This document shows positions 24,970 through 38,061 of a stretch of 64,000 nt of DNA, piece after piece (the first letter of the stretch is position 1; every line of letters starts with the position of its first letter). This DNA is from Eledone cirrhosa (taxonomy: Eukaryota). The notes beneath the pieces are model-generated. The model had not been told where the DNA came from. It did not search any database and worked only from the letters and a program-made list of their open reading frames with translations. Both the position numbers and the translations under genes were made by a program. The DNA lies in contig OZ024744.1 of NCBI GenBank assembly GCA_964016885.1, positions 68,634,001 through 68,698,000 of the forward strand. The letters are read 5' to 3'.

Positions 24970-27900
24970 TTCTTGGTTGTCCATCGTAAACGATGATGAC
25001 ATCTTCTTTACTTTAGTTCCCGTCTGCCATGGGCACGAAGGTGGCTGTGGAAGCCGATCCTTGACTTGCAGGTCCAGGGACAGTGGAGGCAGGCGAAGAG
25101 ACCGGAGTCGCTGGGGGCAGCTGTTGATGCCTTTCTCCTCCTTTCACGGGCCTCAGTGACCTCTGCCCGTCTCTTCTCTTCAAAAGAGTGTTTGGTGCGT
25201 CTAATAAGGGCTCGCCACTCAGTCCTGTCCTGAGCATACGACTCGAGTTGTTTTGGAGCGATTCCAGTGTTGTTGATACTGGACTTCACGCAGTCTTTGA
25301 ACCTCTTGAGAGGCCTGCCCCGCTTTTGTTTCCCCGAACATAGTTCCCCATACATCAGTTGCTTCGGAAGCCTGTGATTGTCCATCCGGATGACATGTCC
25401 CACCCATCGAAGTTGGTTCTTCAGTATCATAGCTTCGACACTGGTTGTCTCAGCTATGTCAAGAACTTCGAGGTTGGAGACCTTGTCCTGCCATTTGATG
25501 TTCATTATTGACAGCAGGCTTCGCATGTGGAATCGTTCCAGGTGCCTTCTGTACAGGGTCCATGTCTCACACCCGTAGAGGAGTCTGGTGAGAACAACGG
25601 TCCTGTACACCTTGAGCTTGGTGGACTACCTGATGTTGTACTGGTTCAGGACGCGTGTCCTCAGGCGGCCGAGGGCTTGACTGGTCTTGCAGATCCTGGC
25701 ATTTATCTCCTTGTCGAGGCTTCCATCGCTGCTGATGACACTGCCGAGGTACTTTAAGTCGTCCACCGTCTTTAGTTGGGTGCCTCCGATGGAGATGGAA
25801 GAAGGCTGGGTGACGGAGGCAGGTACAGGCTGGAACAGGACCTCAGTCTTGCCAAGGCTAATTGTGAGACAGAAGAGACAGGAGGCCTCCGCGAACTTTC
25901 TGACGATGACTTGGAGGTCAGACTCCCTGTGGGCCATGATGGCACAGTGGTCAGCAAAAAGTGCCTCCAGGACGATCCTCTGCACTGCCCTTGTCTTGGC
26001 CGTCAGGCGCCGCAGATCAAACAGGGAGCCATCCAGTCTGTATCGCTGATACACTCCGTGCTCGAGGTCCCTGATGGCATGATTGATCACGCAGGTGAAG
26101 AACAGGTTGAAGAGGACGGGAGCCAGCACGCATCCTTGCTTGACGCCGTTGGTGATTCTGAACGGCTCCGATGCCTCTCCGCCGAGCGCACCTGCCCGGT
26201 CATGTCGTCATGGAATTGCTGTATCAGGTTCACGAGCTTTGTCGGGCATCCAAACTTCGACAGGATCGACCAGAGGGCCTCCTGTTGACAGTGTCGAATG
26301 CCTTCGTCAAGTCTATGAAGACGGCAAAGAGGTCCATGTTCTGCTCGACACACTTCTCCTGCACCTGGCGTACAGAGAAGATCATGTCGATCGTGCTGCG
26401 GTTTGGGCGGAACCCACACTGCGCCTCAGGCAGGTTGTCCTCCGAGTTGTTGGCGATGAGGCGGTTGAGCATGACCCGAGCCAGGACCTTCCCAGCAATG
26501 GACAGGAGAGAAATGCCCCGATAGTTGCCACAGTCAGTTTTGCTGCCTTTGTTCTTAAAAAGCGAGAGAACTGTGGCATCCCTGAAGTCTTTGGGCACCT
26601 CTACTTCCTCCCATATGCTGACGAGGAGGGCGTGGAAGGCCGACAGGGCAGCTAGACAGGCTGACTTGAAGATCTCGGCAGGAATCCCGTCCTTCACAGG
26701 GGCCTTTCCTGAGCTGGTCTGGTTCGATTAGTTTCGTGACTTCATCCAACGTGGGGGTGGCGGGAGTCGAGGCTGCCGACTACGGGCTTCTGTGGGACCT
26801 GGTCGAGGGCGGCAGGGTCGACAATGCAGGGCCTGTCGAGCAAGTTGCTGAAGTGCTCTCACCACCTCGAGTTGATGCTGCTCTTCTCCTTCAGCAGGAT
26901 CGAGCCGTCAGCAGACAGCAGCGGTGTGATGACAGGCTTGGAGGGGGGGGGGTCCGTAAACGTCCCTGATGGTTCTGAAGAACATCTTGGAGTTCTTTGT
27001 GTCAGCGTATCTCTCGACTTCTTCGGCCTTCTTTTCCCACCTCTTGTCCTTCATTCTGCGTAGCGCTGCTTGGGTCTGCCTCTGGAGGTGCTTGAAGCGG
27101 TCGCGCTTCGAGGTGGAGAAGCTGTCATTCTGCCACTCAATGAAAGCCCTCCTCTTCTCGTCCAGGAGTTGTCTGATGCGCTCATAGTTTTCATCAAACC
27201 ATTCCTGGTGGACTCTCTTCCTCGGCCCGATGGTTGCCTTGGCTGACTCTGTCACCAGCGACCTGAACTAGTCCCACTGTTAAGTTGGGGTCCTGTTTGT
27301 GGTCCATGGGCAGTCAGCCGGCCGTCCAGGTCTCCCGCGAACGCATCACGATGCTCTGGCTGGTTGAGTCGTGCGACGTCGAAAGCTGGCCTACAGACTT
27401 TTGGAGTCTTGCGATGCGTCGTGGTGATGTGCAGTGACAGGATGGTCCTGACATGGCGATGGTCAGTCCAACACTCTGCACCACGCATGGCCCTGGGGAT
27501 TCTGACGTCACGGATGACCTTTCTGTGGCATATGGCAAAGTCAATCAGATGCCACTGTTTGGATCTGGGGTGCATCCATGTCGTCTTGAACTTGTCTGCC
27601 TGGCGGAACAGTGTGCTGGTGATGGTGAGGTCGTTCTCGGCGCAGAAACTCAACAGTATGAGGCCGTTAGAGTTCAGCTTCCCTGTGCCATGAGGTCCCA
27701 GCACGTCTCTCCAGTTGCTGCTATCAGACCCGACTCTTGCGTTGAAGTGCCCCAGTAGGATGAGTTTATCGCCTGGGGGTCGCCCTCCACGAGTGCGTTG
27801 AGTTCCCCGTAGAAAGCGGCCTTTTCTTTATCGCTGTTGGTGAGGGCGTACGCGCTGATGACTGTGACATGCCGATATGGGGCGAGGGGGAAGCGGAGCT

Positions 27901-28988
27901 TCTTCAGCCGCTCACTCACAGGCGTTGAGAGGTCCGGGTAGCTGCTTGCAGACGTCTGTCCTCGTCCTTTGCATTGCTCTTCCAGAAGAAGGTGTAGCCT
28001 CCTTTCGGTTCTGCTACTGATCCTTCTTCGCCGAGTCTAGTCTCGCCGGGGGGCGGCTATGCCGACCCGGTAGCGAGCTAATTCCCTCGCTATGAGGGCA
28101 GTTCTTCTCTCTGGCCTCAAAGAGGTTTCCCTATCCATGCGCCAAGAATCAAGTTCTTCTTTCTATTATGTTGCTTTCGACCGCTTGGAAGGGTAAAACC
28201 GCCAGCCGCCGTAGACTGGCTGGCTTTGTATGGGACGAGCATTTGGTTAGGGCTCTTTTATCGCCCCTCCCCTCGTGGGTGAGCAGTGCTCCCCTGAAAA
28301 GGGCTGCTCAGTCGCCCGGTGGAACGCCTGATCTCCTCTGTCATCCCAGGGTCAGGAGGAGAACGCCTTGCGCATCCAGGCCGCCCACGTGTGGGTTTGA
28401 GACTGGAAACTCCCAGAGGTTACCACCACCTGTTACCTCCGCCTCTCGCCCATCGCCGCAGGGCTTTGGGAGTGCACACTAAAGAAGAAACCTGTGCGGA
28501 GAAAGGTTTATAGTGGGAGGGCAGTGCACAGTGACAGTCTCACTCACTCGGTCGCAGAAGCCAGAATACGGTGGTACGGAGGACCGTCACGACCAGGGAC
28601 TTCCTTGGCTGCAGTGGATGGCCACGACGTATGTAGTGCCTTGACGTGCCCTAACGCTCCACACCGCTTGTGGTCACCGCCTTCGTGACCGTTGGGACGA
28701 TGTTCTCCTCCACTCACTCCGCCGGGTCCAGTCTTCGCATGCAGGGGCAGGTATCCCCTATCTAACTCACGGGGGGGTTTCAGACCCTCCCGGCTACCCT
28801 CAACCTGGTTCGGCCCGCCAGCCAAAGCGGTTTACCAGGGTGTGGCCGCTGTAGCATGCTACAGCTTCTTGGGGCCACAGGTGATAGCTGAGTGTCAGGT
28901 GGGATCCAATGCAGGACGAGCTGTCCTGAAAAGGCATAGCTATCACCCCCCTCCCCCTACAGAGGTACATGCCCCTCCCTGACACCCC
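24970..28988 (-). mobile_element. Full-length decayed RTE-clade LINE
   Basis: APE motifs (TWMHPRSKQWHLID), RT (YRGISLLS, QCGFR, FIDLTKAFD, LFADH), C-terminal C2H2 CLHCPWTCKSRIGFHSHLRAH, 3' hairpin CATCGTTTACGATG, GC-rich 5' UTR. Confidence 0.93.
28800..28988 (-). ncRNA. Predicted HDV-like ribozyme at the RTE 5' end
   Basis: P1 GGGGUGU/ACACCCU with a G1-U wobble; P2 UCACCUG/CAGGU(U)GA; P3 GGC/GCC; P1.1 CC/GG; P4 CCGC/GCGG; J4/2 GCCGAAC. Confidence 0.65.
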
Positions 28989-29051
28989 AAGCATATACAC
29001 ACGTATATACATACACATACATATGTACGTGTGTATATACATATTTACACA

Positions 29052-29248
29052 TTTTTGGATGGCCGTTACCTCTTATTAGTTCTTCCGCCCTTTGTCAGGT
29101 TTTGTTTTTTGCCCCGCAGGGTGTCCAAAATCACCCTCCTCACCAAGTAAACTTAGTGGGGTTACCGGTTTAGTCGCCGACTACCCGACCATGAGACAGG
29201 TTGTACTGGTTTACATGTTACCAGTAGCACTCAAGAGTGACCTGACAT
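29052..29248 (-). mobile_element. 5' fragment of the RTE-derived non-autonomous element
   Basis: Homologous to 34080-34273 and 62040-62228. Confidence 0.8.
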
Positions 29249-29371
29249 TATTATATTACACTCTATCTAACTCTATCTACACCTCCATACTGACGTGAAC
29301 CTAAACATCGAGTGCTCACCTGGGTGAACGTACAGTAACTTCGCATTACATTCCCTGGATATATATATATA

Positions 29372-29560
29372 TAACGAAGGAAGTGTGGTAAGGAACCAGG
29401 TGGACCATAACGCACCAGAGTACTCAATACTTAGGGTAGTAGAGTGGGTAAGAGGAAAACGTTCAAGACCCCGACGGGAGAGCTCAAGCCGTTTCGAGTG
29501 CTATTTCTGAAATAACCGTCGAAACGGCTTGAGCTCTGCCGTCGGGGTCTTGAACATTTT

Positions 29561-29563
<3 letters not shown>
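29372..29563 (-). repeat. PLE-terminus-like unit with a fold-back palindrome (29453-29563)
   Basis: Same family as 13827-13996; flanked by (TA)n. Confidence 0.85.
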
Positions 29564-29627
<64 letters not shown>

Positions 29628-29631
<4 letters not shown>

Positions 29632-29756
29632 AACATTTCGCTCTACATGGCTGAATATAATAAATGTAATCTGAGTTTTTCGAATATTAATAATAATTGC
29701 AAACGAATCGAATATTATTATTAATATTCGAAAAACTCAGATTACATTTATTATAT
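29628..29756. repeat. Palindromic fragment of the 59340-60075 repeat family
   Basis: TAATAAATGTAATCTGAGTTTTTCGAATATTAATAATAAT versus its reverse complement; matches 59600-59665. Confidence 0.8.
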
Positions 29757-29757
29757 A

Positions 29758-31549
29758 CTAGCAGTAAAGCCCGGCGTTGCTCGGGCTGCTCAGTAGCTGT
29801 GTTAAAGTTACAATGTTAAGTTCCTTTCTTGGCTTAAAAACTGTAGAGTCTACAGTGTAGACTTTCATGTGGTACTTTTGATTAATATTCCCTCTACCAA
29901 CAGTATGCCTTATGAAGTTAAGAAAACATAACCATAACTCGAATGTTAAAACAAAAGAGGATGCTGGGGATAAAAACTGCACTGGTAATCTATTAACAAA
30001 AATCGAAAATGTAAACACTGCAACACTTGTCTCAGAGAAACACATCAGCGTAACCAAACTATCAGTTATTTTGAAACAAAGAAATTGGATGGACATGAAA
30101 AAAAAAAAAAAAAAAATGCGTTATCTGTCTGTCGTTTAAAATCATTGCTTCTAAATGAAAATTTCATAAGGCTTTATTCGAGATCAATGCTTTTTTTACA
30201 AAATATTTACTTCTTTTACGGTGTATTCAAATAGGCTTCATATCAAGGAAAAATATTGTTTTAAAATACTTTTTAATGGAAACTAGCAGTAAAGCCCGGC
30301 GTTGCTCGGGGTCGCTCAGTAGCTGTGTTAAAGTTACAATGTTAAGTTTCTTTCTTGGCTTAAAAACTGTAGTGTCTACTGTGCAGACTTGCATGTGGTG
30401 TTTTTGATTAATATTCCCTCAACCAACAATATGCCTTATGAAGTTAAGAAAACATAACGATAACCCGAATGTTATAACAAAAGAGGATGCTGGGGATAGA
30501 AACTGCACTGGTTATTTATTAACAAAGATCGAAAATGTAAACACTGCAACGCAGAGAAAAACATTAGCGTAACCAAATTATCAGTTATGTCTGTCTGCAC
30601 GCCTATATCACCTCTCTGCACGACTGTCTGTCTGCACGCCTATATCACCTCTCTGCACGACTGTCTGTCTGCACGCCTATATCACCTCTCTGCACGACTG
30701 TCTGTCTGCACGCGTATATCACCTCTCTGCACGACTGTCTGTCTGCACGACTGTCTGTCTGCACTGAAATATTTGCTTGTTTTACGTAGTCTTTAAATAG
30801 ACTTGTTTTCAAGTAAAAATATTGTTTTAAAATGCTTTTAAATGGAAATGAAGCAAAACGGAAGCTTAGTGTTCGAACTGATGAATTTTGCAGGTCAATA
30901 TTTTGCTGGCTCGACAACTGTTCGTGTATTGTGTTAATGTCATTTTAAACGCTGAGAAAGCCAGCGTAATTTTTTACGTAAGACGCTCAATGTAAACAGA
31001 ACAAAGGGAAATAACTGATAACTTACGCTCAAAAATCGATACATTATATTCGATTTCGTCACATAGGGTGGGTCAATTTGAAATATTTTTTTTCCGATGT
31101 CTTCGCTAGGGCTCAATGTACAAGTATAGCAATTTCGGTGCAATTCCGTGAGAGATTCTAAGAGGAGATGTGTGCCAAAAATCGATAGACAGACAGACAA
31201 CCACAGTTTTATATATATAGATGAAGCAAAATGGAAGCTTAATGTTGAAATTTCGAACTCATGAATTTTGCAGGTTAAAATTTGGCTGGCCCGAAAGTTG
31301 TTCGTGTATTTTTGTACCTTTGCACGCGTCAGAATGACGTCATAAAAGGGAAATAACTCGTCTCTCATCTCTATTTATACATTTAAACTGAAAAATCAAT
31401 ACATTGCAAATTCGATTTTTGCACTTATGTCTCCGCCGGACCTTCATTTATAAGTGTAGAAATTTCACCGAAATTTGAACGTATGGTTTGGGAGGAGATG
31501 TGTGCCGACTGTTTTAGTAGACAGACAATCTCAGTTTTATATATATAGA
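29758..31549 (-). mobile_element. Compound non-autonomous Helitron with two 3' ends and two 5' ends
   Basis: 3' ends CCCGAGCAACGCCGGG...CTAG|T at 29758 and 30283 (525-bp duplication); 5' ends A|TCTATATATATAAAACTG at about 31221 and 31549. Confidence 0.82.
30588..30764. repeat. 37-bp minisatellite, about 4.5 copies, inside the Helitron
   Basis: Unit CTGTCTGTCTGCACGCCTATATCACCTCTCTGCACGA. Confidence 0.92.
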
Positions 31550-31890
31550 TATATATATATAAAACTAAAATGCTGCTATATAGGTAGGTAAGGTGGTAGT
31601 TGATGGTCGATTGTGTTGTCGTGTGTTGTACGTGTTGATTGTTGGGGTTGAAAAATGATCAGGTCCACGATAAACTGAAACAGACCAAATCACTAATTTT
31701 GATATTTTTATTTGCATCATGGTATACGACGACAACATGTAGTTAAATAAAACTCCACCACAATATTTAAAAGGGTTTGATACAACTGTGTGTTTCGTCG
31801 ATATGTAACTAAATGTCGTGTTCACAGAATAGTATTTTGTGTTGCAATTTGTTAGTGAATATGGGAATGCAGAGATGTTGGTTGAAATAA

Positions 31891-32060
31891 TAATTGTTTC
31901 TACTTTTGGCACAAGGCCAGCAATTACTCCAGTGCATTACTGGTACTTTATTTTATCGGCTCCGTAAGGATAAAAGGCAAGCTTAACCTCGGCGGGATTT
32001 GATCTCAGAACGTAAAGGGACGTCATTCTATACTATAAAGCATGGCGTCCGACCCTATTG
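31891..32060 (-). mobile_element. SINE S1
   Basis: Match to the S1 copies at 24570-24968. Confidence 0.88.
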
Positions 32061-32225
32061 GTATTTTGGTCTGAGTTTCATATGTAAGTATTATGTGTGT
32101 ATATATGCATGTATGTATTTATGTATGTATATACATATAAATATACATATCGATATGCATATATATATACATATAAATAAGCATATACATATAAATATAC
32201 ATATATAAATAAATATATATGTAAA

Positions 32226-32356
<131 letters not shown>

Positions 32357-32959
32357 CTATATTTGGGGATGGTCATGTTGGCAGTATTACTCATAAAAAG
32401 AAACACTTGCAGCATATTATTTTCACTTTATTTGTCTTGCTTCATTTGTTCATTTGTTCATTTGTTCGTTAAAGTTCTTTCGTCACACATACTGTGATCT
32501 CCTCAATGACTATCTCTTTTTTTATGCCTCCTCTTCTTTCCGGTCTTAAACTTTTACTCTATCTTTTGTTTTGTCATTATATATATATATATGTGCGCGC
32601 GTGTGTCTGTCTGTGTCTGTGTGCGTCTGTGTGTGTGCTGCATATTGCATAATATACAGGATGCTTATGTAAAACATTTGAAGGCCTTTCGCTATGAAAT
32701 TTTAAGGTTGTGATTATCCTAATACACCTAATGTTCATACAACCTTATGTTTCATGGTCTGACAAGACTACGTAGAGATCAGAGTTATTTTTAGTGATTG
32801 TTTGATTGGCATTTGTATCTATCGTTATACAGAAAAAAGACATATTTTATAGACCCTGCTATCCATCGGACGTACTTCAGCTTCTCAGCATTTTAAGCCT
32901 TGCGCTTTTCCACTACATCATTTCGTTTTGCACCGTCATATTGTGTTGAATAGAGATTA

Positions 32960-33162
32960 ATGAGCGGTGAATTGACACTATCGGTAGAGGGTCGGACGCC
33001 ATGTTTTCCAGTATAGCGTTACGTCCCTTTATGGTCTGAGTTCAAATACTGCCGAAGTTAACTTTGCCTTTCGTCCTTACGGGGTGGGGAGGGGGGCGAT
33101 AAAATAAAGTACCAGTAATGCAGTAGTTGACTGCTGCCCTTGTGCCAAAAGTAGAAACAATT
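32960..33162 (+). mobile_element. SINE S1 (variant with a G-run)
   Basis: Match to S1; its tail is duplicated in inverted form up to 33299. Confidence 0.88.
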
Positions 33163-33202
33163 ATATATATATATGAATGTATATATTATGATTACCATAT
33201 AT

Positions 33203-33244
<42 letters not shown>

Positions 33245-33444
33245 ATATATGGTAATTATAATATATACATTCATATATATATATAATTGTTTCTACTTTA
33301 TAACTATGTATATATATATTTGTATATATCTATTTGTGTGTGTATATATTATATATCATAATATATACATTCATATATATATATAATTGTTTCTACTGTA
33401 TAACTATGTATATATATATATTTGTGTGTATATATATATATAGT

Positions 33445-33570
33445 CGCCGAAACGGCTTGATCTCTGCCGTCGGGGTTAAACTTTTTTCTATTACCCACTC
33501 ACAACCCTAAGTATTGAGTACTCTGGTGCGTTATGGTCCATCTGGTTCCTTACCACACCTACTTCATTAT
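33445..33570 (+). repeat. PLE-terminus-like unit (13827 family), non-palindromic copy
   Basis: CGAAACGGCTTGATCTCTGCCGTCGGGG...CCCACTC...GAGTACTCTGGTGCGTTATGGTCC. Confidence 0.8.
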
Positions 33571-33662
33571 ATACATACATACATACATACATACATACAT
33601 ACATACATACATACATACATACATACATACATACATACATACATACATACATACATACATAC

Positions 33663-34273
33663 ATGGTGGCTGCCAACTCGTTTTCGAGTACGGCCACTAC
33701 TTTATATCCATGTAGGAGAACCCCTACCGATGCGCTGAACGAGTGTGACTTTTTAGTCCAGCCAGCGACTTGAAAACTCTGGTACAAACACTGCACTTGT
33801 GACAATTATTGACACATAGTGCTGGGCCCATGGTACCATGTGACGACAAGTGCAGAGAGATCTCCAGATATAAAGCAATGCCTGTGCTGTGAAGCTTTTA
33901 TAGTGAGCAAAGGCACTGCACAAAGCCAGTCCCATTCTCTTAACCAAGATGATATTTACCAAAAAGAAGAACAAGTCAACATCATTGGATACCATCAGGG
34001 TTGCAGGTGTTATATCAGAGTTTTCCTTCTCCTAGAATTCTGCCTTGACAAAGGCTAAGGGGTCATCTCTCCCAGTGATTTTGGATGGCCATTGACTCTT
34101 ATGAGCTCCTTTGCCCTTTGACAGGTTTTGTTTTTAGTCCTGCTGGATGTCCAAAGTCACCCTCCTCACCAAGAAACCTTGGTGGGGTTGCCAGTTTAGT
34201 CGCCACCGACCCGACCATGAGACAGGTTGTACTGGGATACATGTTACCAGTAGCACCAAGTGGTGACCTGACA
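33663..34273 (-). mobile_element. Non-autonomous bipartite RTE-derived element (~610 bp)
   Basis: Structured 5' part, RTE-5'-like CTAGGAGAAGGAAAACTCTGA, a C2H2 remnant (CSVCTRVFKSLAGLKSHTRSAH*), 3' hairpin ACTCGAAAACGAGT and (ATGT)n on both sides. Confidence 0.75.
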
Positions 34274-34285
34274 TACATACATACA

Positions 34286-34319
<34 letters not shown>

Positions 34320-34323
<4 letters not shown>

Positions 34324-34470
34324 TGTTTCTACTTTTGGCACAAGGGCAGCAGTTAACCACTGCATTACTGGTACTTTATGTTATCCCCCCCCCCCCGTAA
34401 GGACGAAAGGCAAAGTTAACCTCGGCAGTATTTGAACTCAGACCATAAAGGGACGTAACGCTATACTGGA
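34320..34470 (-). mobile_element. SINE S1 (same variant as 32960)
   Basis: Match to S1 with a C-run. Confidence 0.88.
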
Positions 34471-37400
34471 ATGGTCAGCTGACTCTAGTAGTAATTGTCA
34501 CCACATCAACAACGAGGCTGAAATTCATGACTCTACTGAACAAACAGAGCACCAAAAACTTGTGGGCTCCCTACAAGTGATATGGAACGGTATGTTTCAA
34601 GAGATACACAGCCTTAATGTGAGTGACAGACCATACAACACTAGAGTCAGTAAAGAACCCACTAAATTGTAATTGGAAGCGGTGAACGAAATAGCTGGCA
34701 ATTATCTGAAGGCTATACGATCTAATGGTGTAGAAACGACATTTGAAACGCTTAATGTTTTGTTATATGTTTCAGCTGTCACATTGCTATCATATAACAC
34801 ACATCTAAAACCACGCAATCAAGATACAAACAGAAAGCCTGAACCAGCGTGGATGCGAAATTTAAAAACCAAAATTTTGTCCCTGAGACGAAGTATCTCA
34901 CACATCGCAGTCGTTATGAAATGCAACATAGAGAGCAACTTCACACGACACCAGGAAGACCTAAAGAAAAAGTTAGAGAGACGATTTGGAGATACAAAAT
35001 TTAAAACTTTGAACTCCAAATTACACCAGTTGAAACAACAACTCACAGCTACAACAGAAAGACTAAAATATAAGTCAACAGCACATAAACGACAAGTGCT
35101 AAATAGATTGTTTGCCAGAGTTTATCGCAGCTTCGGTGGCAAAAGCTCAATCTCTGTAAATGACACCCCTTCAAAAGAACAGGTTGAGAGCTACTGGAGA
35201 TCTGTATGGGAAACGGACGACGGATTCAACAGATAAACTAATTGGCTAAAAGAACTGGAACAGGACTACTGCCAACATGTCCAGACAAAACAATATGACA
35301 TAGATGGGTCAATACTGGAAACAGCTCTACAGAAAATGTCGAATAGGAAATCGCCAGGCCCAGACCTCATTACAGGATACTGGTTGAAGAATTTCACTTT
35401 CTATCGGCAAGATCTCATACGGCTGTTTACAGAAACCATTAAGGGCACACAAGAACTGCCCAGATGGTTATCAACTGCCACTACTCTCCTCATTCCCCAA
35501 AATAGCCAAACCACCCTTGCTAAAAATTACCGCCCAATTGCCTTCCAAAACATCATGTATAAATTATATACTGGGTGCCTTAACCTGTTCTTACAGGATC
35601 ACTGTGCTACCAACAACATCATAACACCTGAGCAAGCTGGTGGAAAGAGGGAGGTGTGGGGTTGCATAGATCACCTACTAACTAACAAAATGATTCAGGA
35701 AAAAACAACAAAGAATCGCAGAAACATTACTGTCGTGTGGCTGGACTATCAAAAAGCATTTGATAGTGTACCTCATGGGTGGATTATTAAGGCTTTACAG
35801 TTAACTAAAGTCCCACAACCATTGGTAGCTGCTGTTGAACGTCTGACCAAGAACTGGTACACCAATTTGATCCTTAGAGGTGAGAAGGAGCAGGTTAAGA
35901 CTGATAAGATACATTACCAGAAGGACATCTTTCAGGGTGATAGCTTGTCAGTGCTACTCTTCGTTCTCTCACTGAATCCACTATCTTACCTACTCAAGAA
36001 ACAAGGTGGACAAAGAAGTGGGCCCAGAAGTATCTCCCATCTTTTCTTTGTTGATGACCTGAAGTTGTATGGGCCAAATATCAATGACATCAAGAAACAA
36101 TTGGACCTCATTACACAATTTTCAACCGACATCAAAATGAAATTTGGTGAGTCCAAGTGTGCATATTTGGCAGTAAAACGTGGAAGAGCTGTGCCCTCCT
36201 CTAGAAATCTAGAGATGAACGGCCTGACAATACAACCTCTGCAGTCAGGTGACAACTACAGATATCTTGGACAGGATGAGAATGTCAGATATGATGGACC
36301 CATAAATAAGGAGAGAACCAGAACTGAATACCTCAGAAGAGTAAAGAAAATATGGTCATCAGAACTGTCAGCATACAACAAATACATTGCCCACAATACT
36401 TATGCTGTGCCAATTCTAACGCCAACATTTGGCCTGCTGAACTGGTCATTGCAAGAACTAAGTGAGATGGATGTTAGAACTCGCAAACTTCTCAGTGTTA
36501 CTGGGAACTTTAACATCAATGGTGATGTGGATAGGCTATACTTCTCACGCAAGGAAGGTGGCCTGGGTCTAAAATCAATATTAACAACATATGAGACCCA
36601 GATAGTAACACTGAAGCAACACCTTCAACAGAGGAAAAAGTCTTGCCCAGGTTTATGACCATGAAAAAAGAAATATCATTAGAATAGCGACTGATCTGGA
36701 GGAGAGATATGGAATAAAGCCTGATATAAATCTCTCACCCAGAGAAATCGGAAGATCCTATTCAATGTTCAAACAAGATAAAAAAATTGACCAATTTACA
36801 GAAAAAGTTGTGCATGGATACTTGAGGCGTAAAACACAGACCATAGAGAGGATAAACCACTCAAAAAGCCTGGCATGGAGTTCCGACAAGTTTATGACAT
36901 CACACCTTGACGGATACCTCTATGCAATACAGGAACAAGAACTCCCTACCAAATATCTGCTGCACAAAAGAGGAGGGCCAGCAGCTGACAATAAATGTAG
37001 GCTATGTAAGACAAAGATCGAGGATGTAAGCCACATTGTTGCCAGCTGCGAAATAATGTCATCTCGCTACTACCTCTCATGAGACACGATGGGATAGCTA
37101 GAACCGTCTGGAACGCACTTCGGAAAACAAAATTAACAACAAACGAGGAAGAATATATTGAGACAGATGGCACTAAGGAATACTGGTGGAACCTGAAAAT
37201 AAAAACTGCCACCAAATTAAAGCACAACCGGCCTGATATTGTAGTTTGGGACCACACATTGAAAACGTGTTCTGTTGTGGAGATCAGCTGCCCACTTGAT
37301 GTCAACGTTGTCAGAAAAATACAGGAGAAGGAGGACATCTACGGACCATTGATGAGGAGTTTACAAATCCAGTATCCAAGATACACCTTTAGCTTCATAC

Positions 37401-37650
37401 CCATCATTATTGGAGCTACGGGTTATATACCAACCCGCTTGGACCAAAGTATGACTAAACTTGTATTTGCGGACAAAAAGCGCAGCTCCCTAATTCATAG
37501 TCTACAAATGGCTGCGATAGCTGGCACCTTCAAAATTTGCAAAACATTCTTGCGATTCAAGGGATGACAATTTCTTTTCTTTTACAACCTTGCCACCAGG
37601 AAGGTGGCCGGTCAAAAAAAAATATACTCGAAATTAAGAGAAAGAGAAAA
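34471..37650 (+). mobile_element. R4/Dong-type LINE (RT plus restriction-like endonuclease), decayed
   Basis: [43 protein letters not shown]...HIVASC, RHD, HNRPDIVV..VEISCP; followed by (CATA)n. Confidence 0.92.
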
Positions 37651-37706
37651 CATACATAATACATACATACATACATACATACATACATACATACATACAT
37701 ACATAC

Positions 37707-37742
<36 letters not shown>
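37651..37742. repeat. (CATA)n microsatellite at the LINE 3' end
   Basis: Read directly from the sequence. Confidence 0.95.
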
Positions 37743-38013
37743 GTATTCGTGTGAGTAAGGGGTAGACAGAAATAACAACGCAGTCGGTACAGTATACGGA
37801 AAGATTATATTAGTTTAACGCTTGAAATAGCAGGAAGGGGCTTAACGTTTCGGGCACTGTACCTATTATTCTTTGAATGCCGGATGTTTTTATGCATATA
37901 AACACATTTACATTTAAGTATCCCTCTCTTTCTCTTCTCATCTGGGCGTGTGACACTCCTCCCTCTCTCTCTCTCGCTCTCTCACTCTCTCTCTCTCTCC
38001 CCCCCTCTCTCTC

Positions 38014-38061
<48 letters not shown>

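Noticed and set aside
25527-27758. Long plus-strand ORFs over the RTE, and antisense ORFs over the Tx1 and R4 elements
   Set aside because: Shadow frames of GC-rich retrotransposon coding sequence.
17843-30764. CRISPR-like look of the 40-bp and 37-bp arrays
   Set aside because: Units are contiguous with no unique spacers, there are no cas genes, and the context is eukaryotic.
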